DNA of 64,000 nucleotides from Candidatus Binatia bacterium (lineage in GTDB: Bacteria; Desulfobacterota; Binatia; HRBIN30). The stretch covers positions 1 through 64,000 of the forward strand of contig JBBRSP010000013.1 in the NCBI GenBank assembly GCA_038245295.1. The letters run 5' to 3'. The position numbers were made by a program, and so were the translations under genes. Below the pieces are notes generated by a model. It made no database searches. It was given only the letters and a program-made list of their open reading frames with translations, and was not told the DNA's origin. Positions 10,042 to 19,816 of the stretch are shown in pieces (positions within the stretch are counted from its first letter, which is position 1; every line of letters begins with the position of its first letter).

Positions 10042-13000
10042 TCACGCGACGTGCCCCACCAACCGCCCCGCCTCGCGTACCGCAACGATCAGCATCGCCA
10101 GCGTTGGCTGTCGCGCTCCCTTCATGTCGTCCAGGAGGCGACGTGTCTTCGTAACGGCGGCGTCGTGATCGTTGGTGTAAGTCTCGACACAGAATTCGAC
10201 CTCGCCGGCCGAGTCTCGGTAGCCGAGAAGGTCGGTCGTGAGTTGTCGTCGCACGTTGACCAGCGACTGGTGCAACTCCTCGGCGGCGCGGCGCTCCCAG
10301 CGTTCGTCGATGGCGACGCGACTCAAGCCGTCGGCGATCCAGTCGAGATCGATGACCTCGTTGCAGCGATAGAATACTTCCGCCACGGTGCGCCGCGGCA
10401 CGTCGGTGCCGGCGGCCAGTTCGGCGATCTCGAAGATGTCGCACAGGTAGGCGATGGTCACGACGCGCTGGGCGAGGGCGCGCGGCGTTCCGTCGGCCGC
10501 CAAGCTGTCGACGAGCACATCGGCCTTGCTGCGCGCTTGGCGCGGCATGATGTCGCCGAACACGGCGAGTAGGTCCTCGGTGGAAATGACCAGTGCCTCC
10601 ACCATCTCGGCCATCGGCACATCGTTCGGCTGCGTCTCGATGAACCACTTGGTGGCGCGCTCGACGGCGTTCTCCCACAGGAACATGCAGCGCGTCTCGG
10701 CCGCCAGTGGCAAGGCCGGCGTGGCCGTCGCGATCGCTTCCCATAGGGGCAATGCGTCGCAGACCGAGATGACGATGTTCCAGGCGCGTACGATCGTCGC
10801 CGCGTCGCAACCGATGTCGCGTCGCGTTCGCGCGGCAAACGTCATGCCCATGGTATCGATGAGATGATTGGCAATCTCGACGGCGATGATCTCGCGTCGC
10901 AAGCGATGGCTGCGTACGGCCTGTCCCCAGCGCGCATTGAACACCTCGGGGAAGTAGCCGCGCAGATAACGCTCGAGGAAGGTGTCGTCGGGAAGTGGCG
11001 AGCTCAGTAGTTGCTTCTGTAAGGCGAGCTTCGTATGCGCCAAGACGACCGCCAATTCCGGCCGTGTGAGTCCCTGGAATTGGCCGCGGCGGTTGCGTAA
11101 CGTCTCACGGTCCGGCAGCGCATCGGCACGCCGCACCAGCGCTCCGTCGGCCTCGAGCTGCTGCATGTGATCACGAAACTCGCTGAGCCGTGTCTGACTG
11201 CGCACCTGATCCAGACCGAGCACGTAGGACTGGCTTTGATTGTGCGATAGAACCCGCAGCGCCACGTCGTCCTGTACCTCGGCCAATAACCCGTTGCGCT
11301 CCGAGCTGGACAGCACGCGGCTCTCCAGAAGTGGTGCCAGGGCGATCTTTAGGTTCACCTCGTGGTCCGACATGTCGACACCGGCCGAGTTGTCGATGGC
11401 ATCCGTGTTGATGCGTCCGCCGGCCAGGGCATACTCGACTCGCGCACGCTGCGTGAGCCCGAGATTGCCACCCTCGGCAACGATGGCAACGCGCAACTCC
11501 GTCGCATCGATGCGGACCGCGTCGTTCGTGCTGTCGCCGACGGCGATGTGCGCTTCGTCGCTGGCTTTGACATACGTGCCGATGCCGCCGTTCCACAGCA
11601 GGTCGACGCGCATCTTCAAGATGGCGCGGACGACTTCCTCGCCGGTCGGCCCCTCGAAATCGAGGCCGAGCATGGCGCGTGCCGCCGCCGACAGGTGGAC
11701 GCGCTTGGCCGAGCGCTGGAAGATACCGCCGCCTTCGGAGAGGTATTGGAGATTGTAGTCGGCCCACGTCGAACGCGGCAGGTGGAAGAGGCGTTCACGC
11801 TCGGCAAACGAGCGCGCCGCGTCGGGTGTCGGATCGACGAAGATGTGCTGATGATTGAAGGCGGCGAGCAGGCGGAGTTGACGCGACAATAACATGCCGT
11901 TGCCGAACACATCGCCGCTCATGTCGCCGACGCCGATTGCCGTGATCGGATCGCGCTCGGGATCGCGACCCATATCGCGTAGATGCCGTCGTACACACTC
12001 CCACGCGCCGCGCGCCGTGATGGCGACCTTCTTGTGGTCGTAGCCGTTGGAGCCGCCGGACGCGAAGGCATCGTCGAGCCAGAACTGACGCTGCTGAGCG
12101 ATCTCATTGGCGATGTCGGAGAAGCTCGAGGTGCCTTTGTCCGCCGCGACGACCAGATACGGATCGAGGTCGTCGTAGATCAACACGCCGACCGGAGATT
12201 CGACGCGGCCATGGACGACGTTGTCGGTCACGTCGAGCAGCGCGCCGATGAACGTCCGGTAGGCCGCGACTACCTGCGTCGCCGCCGCCGCGCCGCTGCC
12301 GCTGCGGCGCACGATGAATCCACCCTTGGCGCCGGCGGGCACGATGACCGCGTTCTTGACCATCTGCGTGTTCATCAACCCGAGGATCTCGGTGCGGAAA
12401 TCGTCGGCACGATCGCTGAGCCGAATGCCGCCGCGCGCCACGGTGCCGCCACGCAGGTGGAGTCCGTCGACGTCGAGCGCGTGCGCGAAGATCTCGAAGA
12501 TCGGTTGCGGCGGTGGCAGATGCGGCAACAGTCGGCAATCGAGCTTGATGGCGATGGCGCCGGTCGCCTCGCTCGGCGGGTGATAGTAGTTCGTGCGCAC
12601 GGTGGCGAGAATGCTCGCCAACAGGCCGCGCAGGATGCGATCCTCCATCGTGCTCTCGACCGTTTCGATCAGCGTGAGCAGCCGCGTCTCGCCTTCCTGC
12701 AAGCGCCACTTCAAACGATCGCGCGGCGCCGCCGGATCGAGCGGGTTGAACTTGGCATCGAAGTAACGCCACATCTCCTGCGCCACGTTGGGATGGTTGC
12801 ACAAGGCTTGGCTGATGGCGCTGCGGCTCGGCGAGACACCGAGTTGCACGGCGTGGTGTACGTAGGTGCGGAGCAAGTCGACCTGACGCCATTCGAGGCC
12901 GGCCGTGACGATCAGACTGTTGAGCCGATCGTTGTCGAGACGGCCGCGATACAAGTGCAGCAGCGCGGTGCCGAGCGGGACTCTCACGGTTTCGAGATCG

Positions 13001-14916
13001 AGGCGTTTACCGCTGAGGTCTTGCACGAAGAAGCTGTGGATGCGGGCGGCGCCGACCTCCGGCAGGCTGGCCTCGACGGCGTCTTCGGCGAACACCCGCA
13101 AACCCAGATTCTCCAATACCGGCAGGAAGTCGCTGAGCACCAGCTCTTCTCCGGCCAGGTAGAGTTTCACCACCGTGAAGCGTTCCTCACCGGCGACCAC
13201 GGCGGGTGGGTTGACGATATCGATCTGTGCTTGGCGTGATTGTCGCAGTGATTCGAGTTGGCGAATGTCGGCCAGGGCCAGCGGTGTGTCGGTGGCTACC
13301 TTGTACGGCGGCGGAAAGGCCTTGGCGTAGGTTGCCGCGAGCGTCTTGGCCTGTTCACGGGGGTAGGCGGCCAGCAGGGTTTCGAGAAGTCGATCCTCCC
13401 AGGTGCGCAGCAGGCTGCCGAGCTGGTGACGTAACTCATCGGCGGGCACCGGACGCAAGCTGTCGGCGGCCGGCACGAAGTAGAAATGGACACGCGTCTG
13501 GTCGCTATCGTCGAGCACGAGGCGCGACTCGAGCGGCGGTCGGGCCAGCAGGACATCTTGTAAGCGCGCCTCGATCTGTTGTTGCAGCTCGTTGGAGAAC
13601 CGTTGGCGCGGTAAGGTGACCAGCACGAAGGCGCCGCGTTCGAGCGGATCGGCTTGGATGGTGACACGTGCGTCGTTGCTGCCCGTCGCCCCCAGAATTG
13701 CCTTGATCGTGAGTTGCAGGCTGTCGCTCGGCAACGCCAGCAGCTCGATGCGCGGCATACTGTTGAACGCCCGGGTGATCTGGCGGTAGTCGTGTGATCC
13801 TTCGCTGGCACCCTCGCGTTCGAGAATGCTGGCCAATTTTTGGCGCAGCAGCGGAATCGCCATCGGCTCCTGGGCGTAGGCGTTCTGCGTGAACAGACCG
13901 ATGAAGCGACGCTCGCCAGTGACGATGCCCTGGGGATCAACTTCCTTGATGCCGATGTACTCCATGTGGTCGCGCCGGTGGATGGGGCTGACCGCATTGG
14001 TTTTCGAGAACATGTAGAGCGGCGCTTCGCTGAGCCGGCGGCGCAACACGTCGCCGAGCGGTTGGCCGGTGGCATAGGTCGAGCGGCGCTCACGCCGCAG
14101 CACGCCAAGGCCGCTGCCTTCTTTGACGATGGCGCTACGCTCGCCGCCTTCGGTACTGAAGCGATACTCGCGGTAGCCGAGGAAGACGAAGTTCTTTTGC
14201 CCGAGCCAATCGAGGAAGGCGGCGATCTCTTCGACGTCGGCGTTCCATGGCCGCGGCAGGGTACCGTTGCGCAACTCGTCGGCCAGCTCTTCGGCGCGGT
14301 TGCGCATGCTCTGGTAATCGTCGGTGGCGGCGACCACGTCGGTCAGGCGTTCTGTGACGAGACTGGCGACCGCTTCCGGATCACGTACGCGATCGAGCTC
14401 GACGTACAACACGGATTCCTGTCGCCCGACATCGGCCGGCGGCGAGACGGCGAGCAGTGTGCCGCGGGAGTCGCGTTCGACCGTGAACACGGGGTGTAAA
14501 AGTCGGCGTACGCCGCAGCGCGCGTCCTGCAAGGCTTGTTTCACCGTGTCGACGATGAACGGCCGATCGCGCAGCAGTGTTTGCAGCACGAAGCCATCCC
14601 AGCCGACGCCGTCGGGAGCCGTGTGCACCGCCACACGAGGCTCTTCCGGCGAGCGCTCGGCAACGAAATGAAACAGCGAGACACAGAGGGCGCTGAGTTG
14701 ATCGGTGGGTAGTTGATTCAGCAGCTCGGCACCGGACTTTTCGAGAAACTGGCGGGTCAACGCTTCCGCCAGGGATCGTTCGCCTGGGGCAACACGGCTG
14801 CGTACCAGATCGATGACCTCGGCCAGCCGCGGTGGGTCGCTAAGGGTGGCCCCAGACTGTTGCGAACGCTCGCGCTCCTGCATCAACTGGGCGATAGCTC
14901 GCGTCAGTTCGGCCAT
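10042..14916 (-). CDS. gdhB: Large NAD-specific glutamate dehydrogenase (about 1620 aa)
   Basis: HLRGGTVARGGIRLSDR, VKNAVIVPAGAKGGF, YLVVAADKGT, SGGSNGYDHKK, GVGDMSGDVFGNG, TDAIDNSAGVD. Start set at ATG 14916, which has an AAAGGA/GGAG RBS. Confidence 0.96.
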   Translation of the reverse strand: MAELTRAIAQLMQERERSQQSGATLSDPPRLAEVIDLVRSRVAPGERSLAEALTRQFLEKSGAELLNQLPTDQLSALCVSLFHFVAERSPEEPRVAVHTAPDGVGWDGFVLQTLLRDRPFIVDTVKQALQDARCGVRRLLHPVFTVERDSRGTLLAVSPPADVGRQESVLYVELDRVRDPEAVASLVTERLTDVVAATDDYQSMRNRAEELADELRNGTLPRPWNADVEEIAAFLDWLGQKNFVFLGYREYRFSTEGGERSAIVKEGSGLGVLRRERRSTYATGQPLGDVLRRRLSEAPLYMFSKTNAVSPIHRRDHMEYIGIKEVDPQGIVTGERRFIGLFTQNAYAQEPMAIPLLRQKLASILEREGASEGSHDYRQITRAFNSMPRIELLALPSDSLQLTIKAILGATGSNDARVTIQADPLERGAFVLVTLPRQRFSNELQQQIEARLQDVLLARPPLESRLVLDDSDQTRVHFYFVPAADSLRPVPADELRHQLGSLLRTWEDRLLETLLAAYPREQAKTLAATYAKAFPPPYKVATDTPLALADIRQLESLRQSRQAQIDIVNPPAVVAGEERFTVVKLYLAGEELVLSDFLPVLENLGLRVFAEDAVEASLPEVGAARIHSFFVQDLSGKRLDLETVRVPLGTALLHLYRGRLDNDRLNSLIVTAGLEWRQVDLLRTYVHHAVQLGVSPSRSAISQALCNHPNVAQEMWRYFDAKFNPLDPAAPRDRLKWRLQEGETRLLTLIETVESTMEDRILRGLLASILATVRTNYYHPPSEATGAIAIKLDCRLLPHLPPPQPIFEIFAHALDVDGLHLRGGTVARGGIRLSDRADDFRTEILGLMNTQMVKNAVIVPAGAKGGFIVRRSGSGAAAATQVVAAYRTFIGALLDVTDNVVHGRVESPVGVLIYDDLDPYLVVAADKGTSSFSDIANEIAQQRQFWLDDAFASGGSNGYDHKKVAITARGAWECVRRHLRDMGRDPERDPITAIGVGDMSGDVFGNGMLLSRQLRLLAAFNHQHIFVDPTPDAARSFAERERLFHLPRSTWADYNLQYLSEGGGIFQRSAKRVHLSAAARAMLGLDFEGPTGEEVVRAILKMRVDLLWNGGIGTYVKASDEAHIAVGDSTNDAVRIDATELRVAIVAEGGNLGLTQRARVEYALAGGRINTDAIDNSAGVDMSDHEVNLKIALAPLLESRVLSSSERNGLLAEVQDDVALRVLSHNQSQSYVLGLDQVRSQTRLSEFRDHMQQLEADGALVRRADALPDRETLRNRRGQFQGLTRPELAVVLAHTKLALQKQLLSSPLPDDTFLERYLRGYFPEVFNARWGQAVRSHRLRREIIAVEIANHLIDTMGMTFAARTRRDIGCDAATIVRAWNIVISVCDALPLWEAIATATPALPLAAETRCMFLWENAVERATKWFIETQPNDVPMAEMVEALVISTEDLLAVFGDIMPRQARSKADVLVDSLAADGTPRALAQRVVTIAYLCDIFEIAELAAGTDVPRRTVAEVFYRCNEVIDLDWIADGLSRVAIDERWERRAAEELHQSLVNVRRQLTTDLLGYRDSAGEVEFCVETYTNDHDAAVTKTRRLLDDMKGARQPTLAMLIVAVREAGRLVGHVA

Positions 14917-14962
14917 GTGGTGCTCCGTCCTTTCGAATCGCCGGTGATCGTCATGCGTTGGT

Positions 14963-15397
14963 TTACGCTGTCGCGACGAGCGGGTTAGCTTCGTCGAGTG
15001 CTGGTGCCATGGTTTGTTCGGCAAGCCGTTGGCAACCGCGCTTGCGAGCCCGCGTCTCCGCCAGATTGGCAAGGGCGGCGCGAATCGTTGCGGCGTGTGG
15101 TCCAGACGCCATGAGCATTTCGATGCGGGCCGTGGCGGTTTCGCAGAGTTGTCGCGAGTAGGTCAGGTGTAGGAGCCCGACGAGTGCTTCGTCGTCGGTG
15201 AGGCAGACATAAATGTCGCTGCCGAGGTCGTTGATGATGTTGCGAAAGCGGCGCAGCGTCGAACGATCCGCCGGCGGCAGGGCGACTTCATTGTGCGCCA
15301 AAAGGCGCATCACCGCCGGGAAATCCGTTCGCCGGGCGCGCCGCAGCACCACGTCGATCACCGCACCGTTTGCTTCAGCGAGTCGGATACGTTGCAT
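14963..15397 (-). CDS. GNAT-fold acetyltransferase-like protein
   Basis: LRRARRTDFPAVMRLL near the start, YVC...LVG, ARIEML, AETRARKRGCQRL. The acetyl-CoA R/QxxGxG motif is degenerate. Confidence 0.6.
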   Translation of the reverse strand: MQRIRLAEANGAVIDVVLRRARRTDFPAVMRLLAHNEVALPPADRSTLRRFRNIINDLGSDIYVCLTDDEALVGLLHLTYSRQLCETATARIEMLMASGPHAATIRAALANLAETRARKRGCQRLAEQTMAPALDEANPLVATA

Positions 15398-15511
15398 GCC
15401 GAACCTACCTAGCGTGTTCGTCAGCGATACGAAATCGCTGATTTATTGCGGATGTTTTGGGTTGATTTCGTGTGCCTTCGCGTTTAGCATCCGCCCTCGT
15501 TGCGGTGGAAG

Positions 15512-16441
15512 ATGAAGGCACGTTGGGTGACATACTTATCGACTCTGGTGGCCGCCTTGGCCGTCACCCTGTCGGTCTCGCCGACCCTGGCAGCAGGGCC
15601 GCCGCCGCAAAAACTTCCGTCCGCCCTCCTCATGTTCCCCTATGTTGATTCCGGTGGTGGCGTCGAAACGCGCATCGAGTTGGTCAACTTGTCCTCCGGC
15701 CCCGTCGACTTGCAGTGCTTCTGGGTCAATTCGGAAGGGCAGGAGTGTCTCGAGATTGGCTTCTTTCTCTCGTTGACGCCGTTTCAACCTCTGGCCTGGG
15801 TTGCCAGTGAGGGGATCGGTAGCGACTTCGGGGCCTCGGCCGCGCCGCCGTTCTTCGGCACCGGTGAGTTGAAGTGCGCCGTTGTCGCCGCCCAACCAAG
15901 CGCCGACTTCCACAATACGATTCAGGGCAGGGCGACGGTCTATCACGCCGATGGCCGCACCGTCTCGTACTCGTCAGTAGCCTTCCGCCGTCTCAGCGAC
16001 GGTGAATACACCGCCACCTTGCCGTTGAATGGTATCGACTACACTCAATGCCCGTCGCGTCTTCACTTCGACGTGCTTACCGATCAACCGACATCGATGA
16101 GCGAGATGATCCTGCTACCGTGTTCTCAGGATCTGCTGCTGCAACAGCCTACGACCCTCAATGTACAGCTCTTGATCATCAACGAATTCGAGCAAACCTT
16201 TTCCGCATCGTACGGGTTCACCTGCTACTCCCGACGTACGCTGACCGAAATCGCCTCCTCCTTGACGCGTGCCGTCGCCGGTACGGATACGGCGCATGTC
16301 GTTGTCCGTGGTGTGGCCGGTCCGGTGATTGGGTTGGTAATCGACAACGTACCGTTCCAGGCGGCCAGTGGCATCGCCGGCAATGAGCCATCCCTCGAGG
16401 GTGGACGGTCGGCGACGGTGACGTTCCCGCCGGGGCAATAG
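15512..16441 (+). CDS. Secreted hypothetical protein with six conserved Cys (paralog of the next gene)
   Basis: Signal peptide ending TLA-A. Collinear similarity to the C-terminal domain of 16446-17966. Confidence 0.85.
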   Translation: MKARWVTYLSTLVAALAVTLSVSPTLAAGPPPQKLPSALLMFPYVDSGGGVETRIELVNLSSGPVDLQCFWVNSEGQECLEIGFFLSLTPFQPLAWVASEGIGSDFGASAAPPFFGTGELKCAVVAAQPSADFHNTIQGRATVYHADGRTVSYSSVAFRRLSDGEYTATLPLNGIDYTQCPSRLHFDVLTDQPTSMSEMILLPCSQDLLLQQPTTLNVQLLIINEFEQTFSASYGFTCYSRRTLTEIASSLTRAVAGTDTAHVVVRGVAGPVIGLVIDNVPFQAASGIAGNEPSLEGGRSATVTFPPGQ

Positions 16442-16445
16442 GATC

Positions 16446-17966
16446 ATGGCTGAGCTATTTCGCACTCTCGGATCAGTCCTGCTCCTCTGGTATCAATTGC
16501 TGGGGCCGCAGTTGCCCAGCGCCACACCAACTCCAGGGGCGCCGCGGGCTACCCGAACGCCAACCGTGACCCAGGTACCGCCGACGAATACGCCGGTGGT
16601 CGAGCCGACGACGCCCGAACAGCTTCCAGCAACGCCCACGCGTTTCCAGACGCACACGCCGACGTCGACCAGCACCTTCCGGCCGACTTTTACCGCGTCG
16701 CCGAGCCGAACGGCCTCGCCGACCGGAACGCCGACGCTGACGCGTACACCGTCCTCGACGCGAACCTCGACCGGCGTGCCGACCGCGACTCCATCCCAGA
16801 CTTCGACCCGTTCGTCGACACCGACGCCGACGTCGACGCTGACGCGGACTCCGACTACGACGCCGACGTCGACATCGACCCGCAGTTCGACACCGACGCA
16901 AACGGCGACACGTACGTCGACGACAACGCGCACGCCTTCGTTGACCCCGACGTGGACCTGGACTCCGACTGAAACGCCGACGATCACGATTACCCCGACA
17001 CGCACTGTGACGCGGACGCCGTCGGCCACACTGCCGCCATCCCAAACACCGACCGCAACCAACACACGGCCGCCAACACCCACGGAAGCTCCGCATTCAG
17101 TCGACCCGTTGGGATTATTGGCTGTCGGCGAGTCGCCCTTCCAGAAATTGCCGTCGGCCGTCGTCGTGTTCCCGCTCGTGCGCCAATCGACCACCCAGGA
17201 CACGCGCATCGAGATCATGAACCTAACCGCCTCGGCGGTGCAGATCCATTGCTTCTATATTCAGGCAACCACCTGCAGCGAGATCGACTTCTTCGTATCC
17301 ATGTCACCGCAGCAGCCGATCTCATGGATGGCAAGTACCGGTGTGTCCGGTAGTGGCGCGCGTCTGGCCCCGCCGTTCAATGGTGACGGCGAGCTCAAGT
17401 GTGTGACGCGGCCGTCGGGTACGGACCTGGCCTCGCACAATGCATTGCAGGGCCGGGCCTTGCTGTCGCAGACGGATGGCAAGACAATCGGCTATGCAGC
17501 GATCGCCTTCCGCCGCCTGGTGCCTGGGTCGTTTACGGGCACGGTTCTCCTCGATGGCTTCACCTACGAGGCGTGTCCGGACCGCCTGCACTTCAATGCC
17601 CTGACGCAGCAATCCGGTATCTCGGATAGCGAATTGATCCTGGTGCCGTGCACCGAGGACCTGGAGTCGGGCACGGTGAGCAAGACCACCGTGCAATACG
17701 CCGTGGTCAACGAGCTGGAACAGGTCTTCTCGGGCTCAACCCAGCTTACGTGTATGGACCGGCGCCGTTTCAGCACTGTGCCGGCGCTACGCAAGAGCAG
17801 CATCGGCACCAACACCATGCACTTGATCGTGCGCGGCGTCGACGAACCAGTCGTCGGCCTGGTGATTGATCGCATCTTCAATGGCGGTGTCGAGTCGGTG
17901 TCGAGTAACGACCCGTATCTCGAAGGCTCGCGCGCCGCGACCGTCAACTTCCCCAACGATTTCTAA
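16446..17966 (+). CDS. Hypothetical exported protein: Thr/Pro/Ser-rich stalk plus 6-Cys domain
   Basis: Hydrophobic N-terminus, about 190 aa of PT/ST repeats, then a domain paralogous to the upstream gene. Confidence 0.85.
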   Translation: MAELFRTLGSVLLLWYQLLGPQLPSATPTPGAPRATRTPTVTQVPPTNTPVVEPTTPEQLPATPTRFQTHTPTSTSTFRPTFTASPSRTASPTGTPTLTRTPSSTRTSTGVPTATPSQTSTRSSTPTPTSTLTRTPTTTPTSTSTRSSTPTQTATRTSTTTRTPSLTPTWTWTPTETPTITITPTRTVTRTPSATLPPSQTPTATNTRPPTPTEAPHSVDPLGLLAVGESPFQKLPSAVVVFPLVRQSTTQDTRIEIMNLTASAVQIHCFYIQATTCSEIDFFVSMSPQQPISWMASTGVSGSGARLAPPFNGDGELKCVTRPSGTDLASHNALQGRALLSQTDGKTIGYAAIAFRRLVPGSFTGTVLLDGFTYEACPDRLHFNALTQQSGISDSELILVPCTEDLESGTVSKTTVQYAVVNELEQVFSGSTQLTCMDRRRFSTVPALRKSSIGTNTMHLIVRGVDEPVVGLVIDRIFNGGVESVSSNDPYLEGSRAATVNFPNDF

Positions 17967-17990
17967 ACCGACGTCTCGGCGCGCAGGCCG

Positions 17991-18013
17991 GTAGGCGCAG
18001 GCTTCAGCCTGCG
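17991..18013. repeat. GTAG-type REP-like palindrome
   Basis: GTAG-G-CGCAGGCT-TC-AGCCTGCG between convergent genes. Confidence 0.6.
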
Positions 18014-18034
18014 GTGAATGCTGCCGTATACCCG

Positions 18035-19024
18035 CTACGCGTCCATCTCGACCGGCTGCTTCAACGCCGCCTGAATCAATGGATGTTTGGCGATACCCAG
18101 GGACTCGAGGATCTCCGGTGCGAGTAGCCCGCTGCGGCGCGCGCTCTTCAGAAGTTGTGGCAGCTTCTTCCCGCCAAGGATGTCACGCATGTCAGCCTCA
18201 TTGATCGCCCGCTGTTCGGCCAACATCTGCGGCGCCACCTGCGGCGCCTTCTCGTATCCCGCTTCCTGCATGCGCTGCACGACGCGGCTCAGCATGAGCG
18301 GGCCCGGCTGATCTCCGGTGAGCATCAAGATCTGCCCGAGCCAACGTTGGGCAAAGGCGATGCGATCGTCGAGTGAATTCTGTTTCATCCACTCGGCGAT
18401 ATAGAGGATGCCGAATCCCATGTGGCGACTCTCGTCGCGCGTGATCAGGGTCAGGATGTCGCGCAACAAGGGATGACGCGCATGTAGCGCGATGTTCTCG
18501 AACATATTCATCGCGAAGCTTTCGAGAAAAAACTGCTCGGTCGAGATCAGCGTCAGCGGGTCGTCGGCGGCAAGCAGTTGGTCGAACATCATCTCCGTTC
18601 CGAAGTCGATGTCTTCCAACTCCTCGTTCATCTTCTCGATGAAGCGCCGATAGGCCAGATGATGGCGCGCCTCGTCCATCGCCTGGGCGACGGCATGATT
18701 GCGGTAGTCTTCCTGCCGCAGCGTCAAGGCCAGCTTGGCGCAGACATCCTGCGCCACACTCTCGCCGACACGCAGAATCCCCAGTATGCGGCCGAGGCCG
18801 CGGCGGGTAACGTGATTCTTGACCTCGGTGGGCAAGCTTTGAAACGTTGCCGTGCGCCCGAAGGCACCCCACTCGTAATTGACCAGAGGTTCTTTGGGAT
18901 CGACATCGAGACTCCAGTCGACATCTCGCTCGATATCCCAATCGGCCGAGTGGGCCTTGGCGAACAAGGCGTTGATGCCCTGGTGCCCAGTGTTGCGGAT
19001 AGCCATCAATTCTCGTGTGCGCAT
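18035..19024 (-). CDS. Ferritin-like diiron-carboxylate protein (AurF/desaturase-like fold)
   Basis: Two E...DExRH modules (GES...DEARH and LES...DESRH) and N-terminal WDIERDVDWS. ATG 19024 has a GGAGG RBS. Confidence 0.85.
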   Translation of the reverse strand: MRTRELMAIRNTGHQGINALFAKAHSADWDIERDVDWSLDVDPKEPLVNYEWGAFGRTATFQSLPTEVKNHVTRRGLGRILGILRVGESVAQDVCAKLALTLRQEDYRNHAVAQAMDEARHHLAYRRFIEKMNEELEDIDFGTEMMFDQLLAADDPLTLISTEQFFLESFAMNMFENIALHARHPLLRDILTLITRDESRHMGFGILYIAEWMKQNSLDDRIAFAQRWLGQILMLTGDQPGPLMLSRVVQRMQEAGYEKAPQVAPQMLAEQRAINEADMRDILGGKKLPQLLKSARRSGLLAPEILESLGIAKHPLIQAALKQPVEMDA

Positions 19025-19080
19025 GCAACCCTCCAGCGAACACTGAACGGTGCCACGTTGGCAACGTTCAGGCAACGCAG

Positions 19081-19122
19081 TTAGCCATTTGGCCATTTGG
19101 CCAAATGGCAAGATGCCCAAAT
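19081..19122. repeat. Octamer repeat (GCCAAATG family), palindromic arrangement
   Basis: AGCCATTT GGCCATTT GGCCAAAT GGCAAGAT GCCCAAAT. Related to 47556-47617. Confidence 0.75.
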
Positions 19123-19126
19123 ATCC

Positions 19127-19804
19127 TCACCAACGCTCGTAGTGTACAGCGCGTCTCTCGTACCCCGCGGCGCGAAGTCGATCGCGTAGCTTGGCCACGA
19201 TCTCGCCGACCCCACAGATGAAGAACTCGCGGTCGCGCCGTTCGTCGGCGTGCACGTACCTCTGGTCGATCGTCTCGAGCAGCGGCGTGTCGGTCATGGC
19301 GTGATAGTCGAACGTCGGATGGCGCAGCGCCAGTGCTTCTAGCTCAGTGCGAAACAGCAGATGGGGTGGCGACTCGGCACGCTGCCACAGGACGACCGGC
19401 GCCGCCGGTGCGGCGAGGGCTCGGTGCAACAGCGGTCGAATGGCAGCGATGCCGGTGTCGATGCCAATGAAGACGCACTCGCGCGCTGGCGCTGTCACCA
19501 TCGTGAAGGTTCCCCAAGGCCCGGTGACGTTCAACGACGCTCCGGCGCCCATGTCGAAGAGCCGCGTCGAGCCGCGCCCGCCGTCGACCCGGTTCAGGCA
19601 GATGTCCAGATGTCCGGACGTCTCAGGGTCGGAGGTGATGGTGTAGGGCTTGGTGAGAGTCTCGCCATCGACGTCGAGAAGACACGAGACGAACTGGCCA
19701 GGCGTAAAGCTGAAGTCGGGAGGGCGTTCGAGACGAAAGACGCGAGTCGCCGGGGCGATCTCGTCGACCTGCAGGATGCGAACTTGATGAACCCGTGTCG
19801 CCAA
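19127..19804 (-). CDS. Ferredoxin-NAD(P)+ reductase-type FAD-binding oxidoreductase
   Basis: FTPGQF, KPYTITS, GGRGS, GPWGTF, TGIAAI, FFICG, C-terminal VHYERW. TTG start. Confidence 0.88.
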   Translation of the reverse strand: MATRVHQVRILQVDEIAPATRVFRLERPPDFSFTPGQFVSCLLDVDGETLTKPYTITSDPETSGHLDICLNRVDGGRGSTRLFDMGAGASLNVTGPWGTFTMVTAPARECVFIGIDTGIAAIRPLLHRALAAPAAPVVLWQRAESPPHLLFRTELEALALRHPTFDYHAMTDTPLLETIDQRYVHADERRDREFFICGVGEIVAKLRDRLRAAGYERRAVHYERW

Positions 19805-19816
19805 GACCGGACGGCC

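Noticed and set aside
11983..13239. Long antisense or alternate-frame ORFs (also 21679-22713, 50565-51989, 55509-56834)
   Set aside because: Shadow ORFs of well-supported genes, expected at high GC, with no motifs of their own.
14917..15072. Longer N-terminus for gdhB
   Set aside because: It overlaps the upstream gene, and ATG 14916 has a good RBS.
16520..17090. Periodic CCGAC/ACGCC repeats resembling an array
   Set aside because: Explained by the Thr/Pro/Ser-rich coding linker. There is no constant repeat-spacer structure, so it is not CRISPR.
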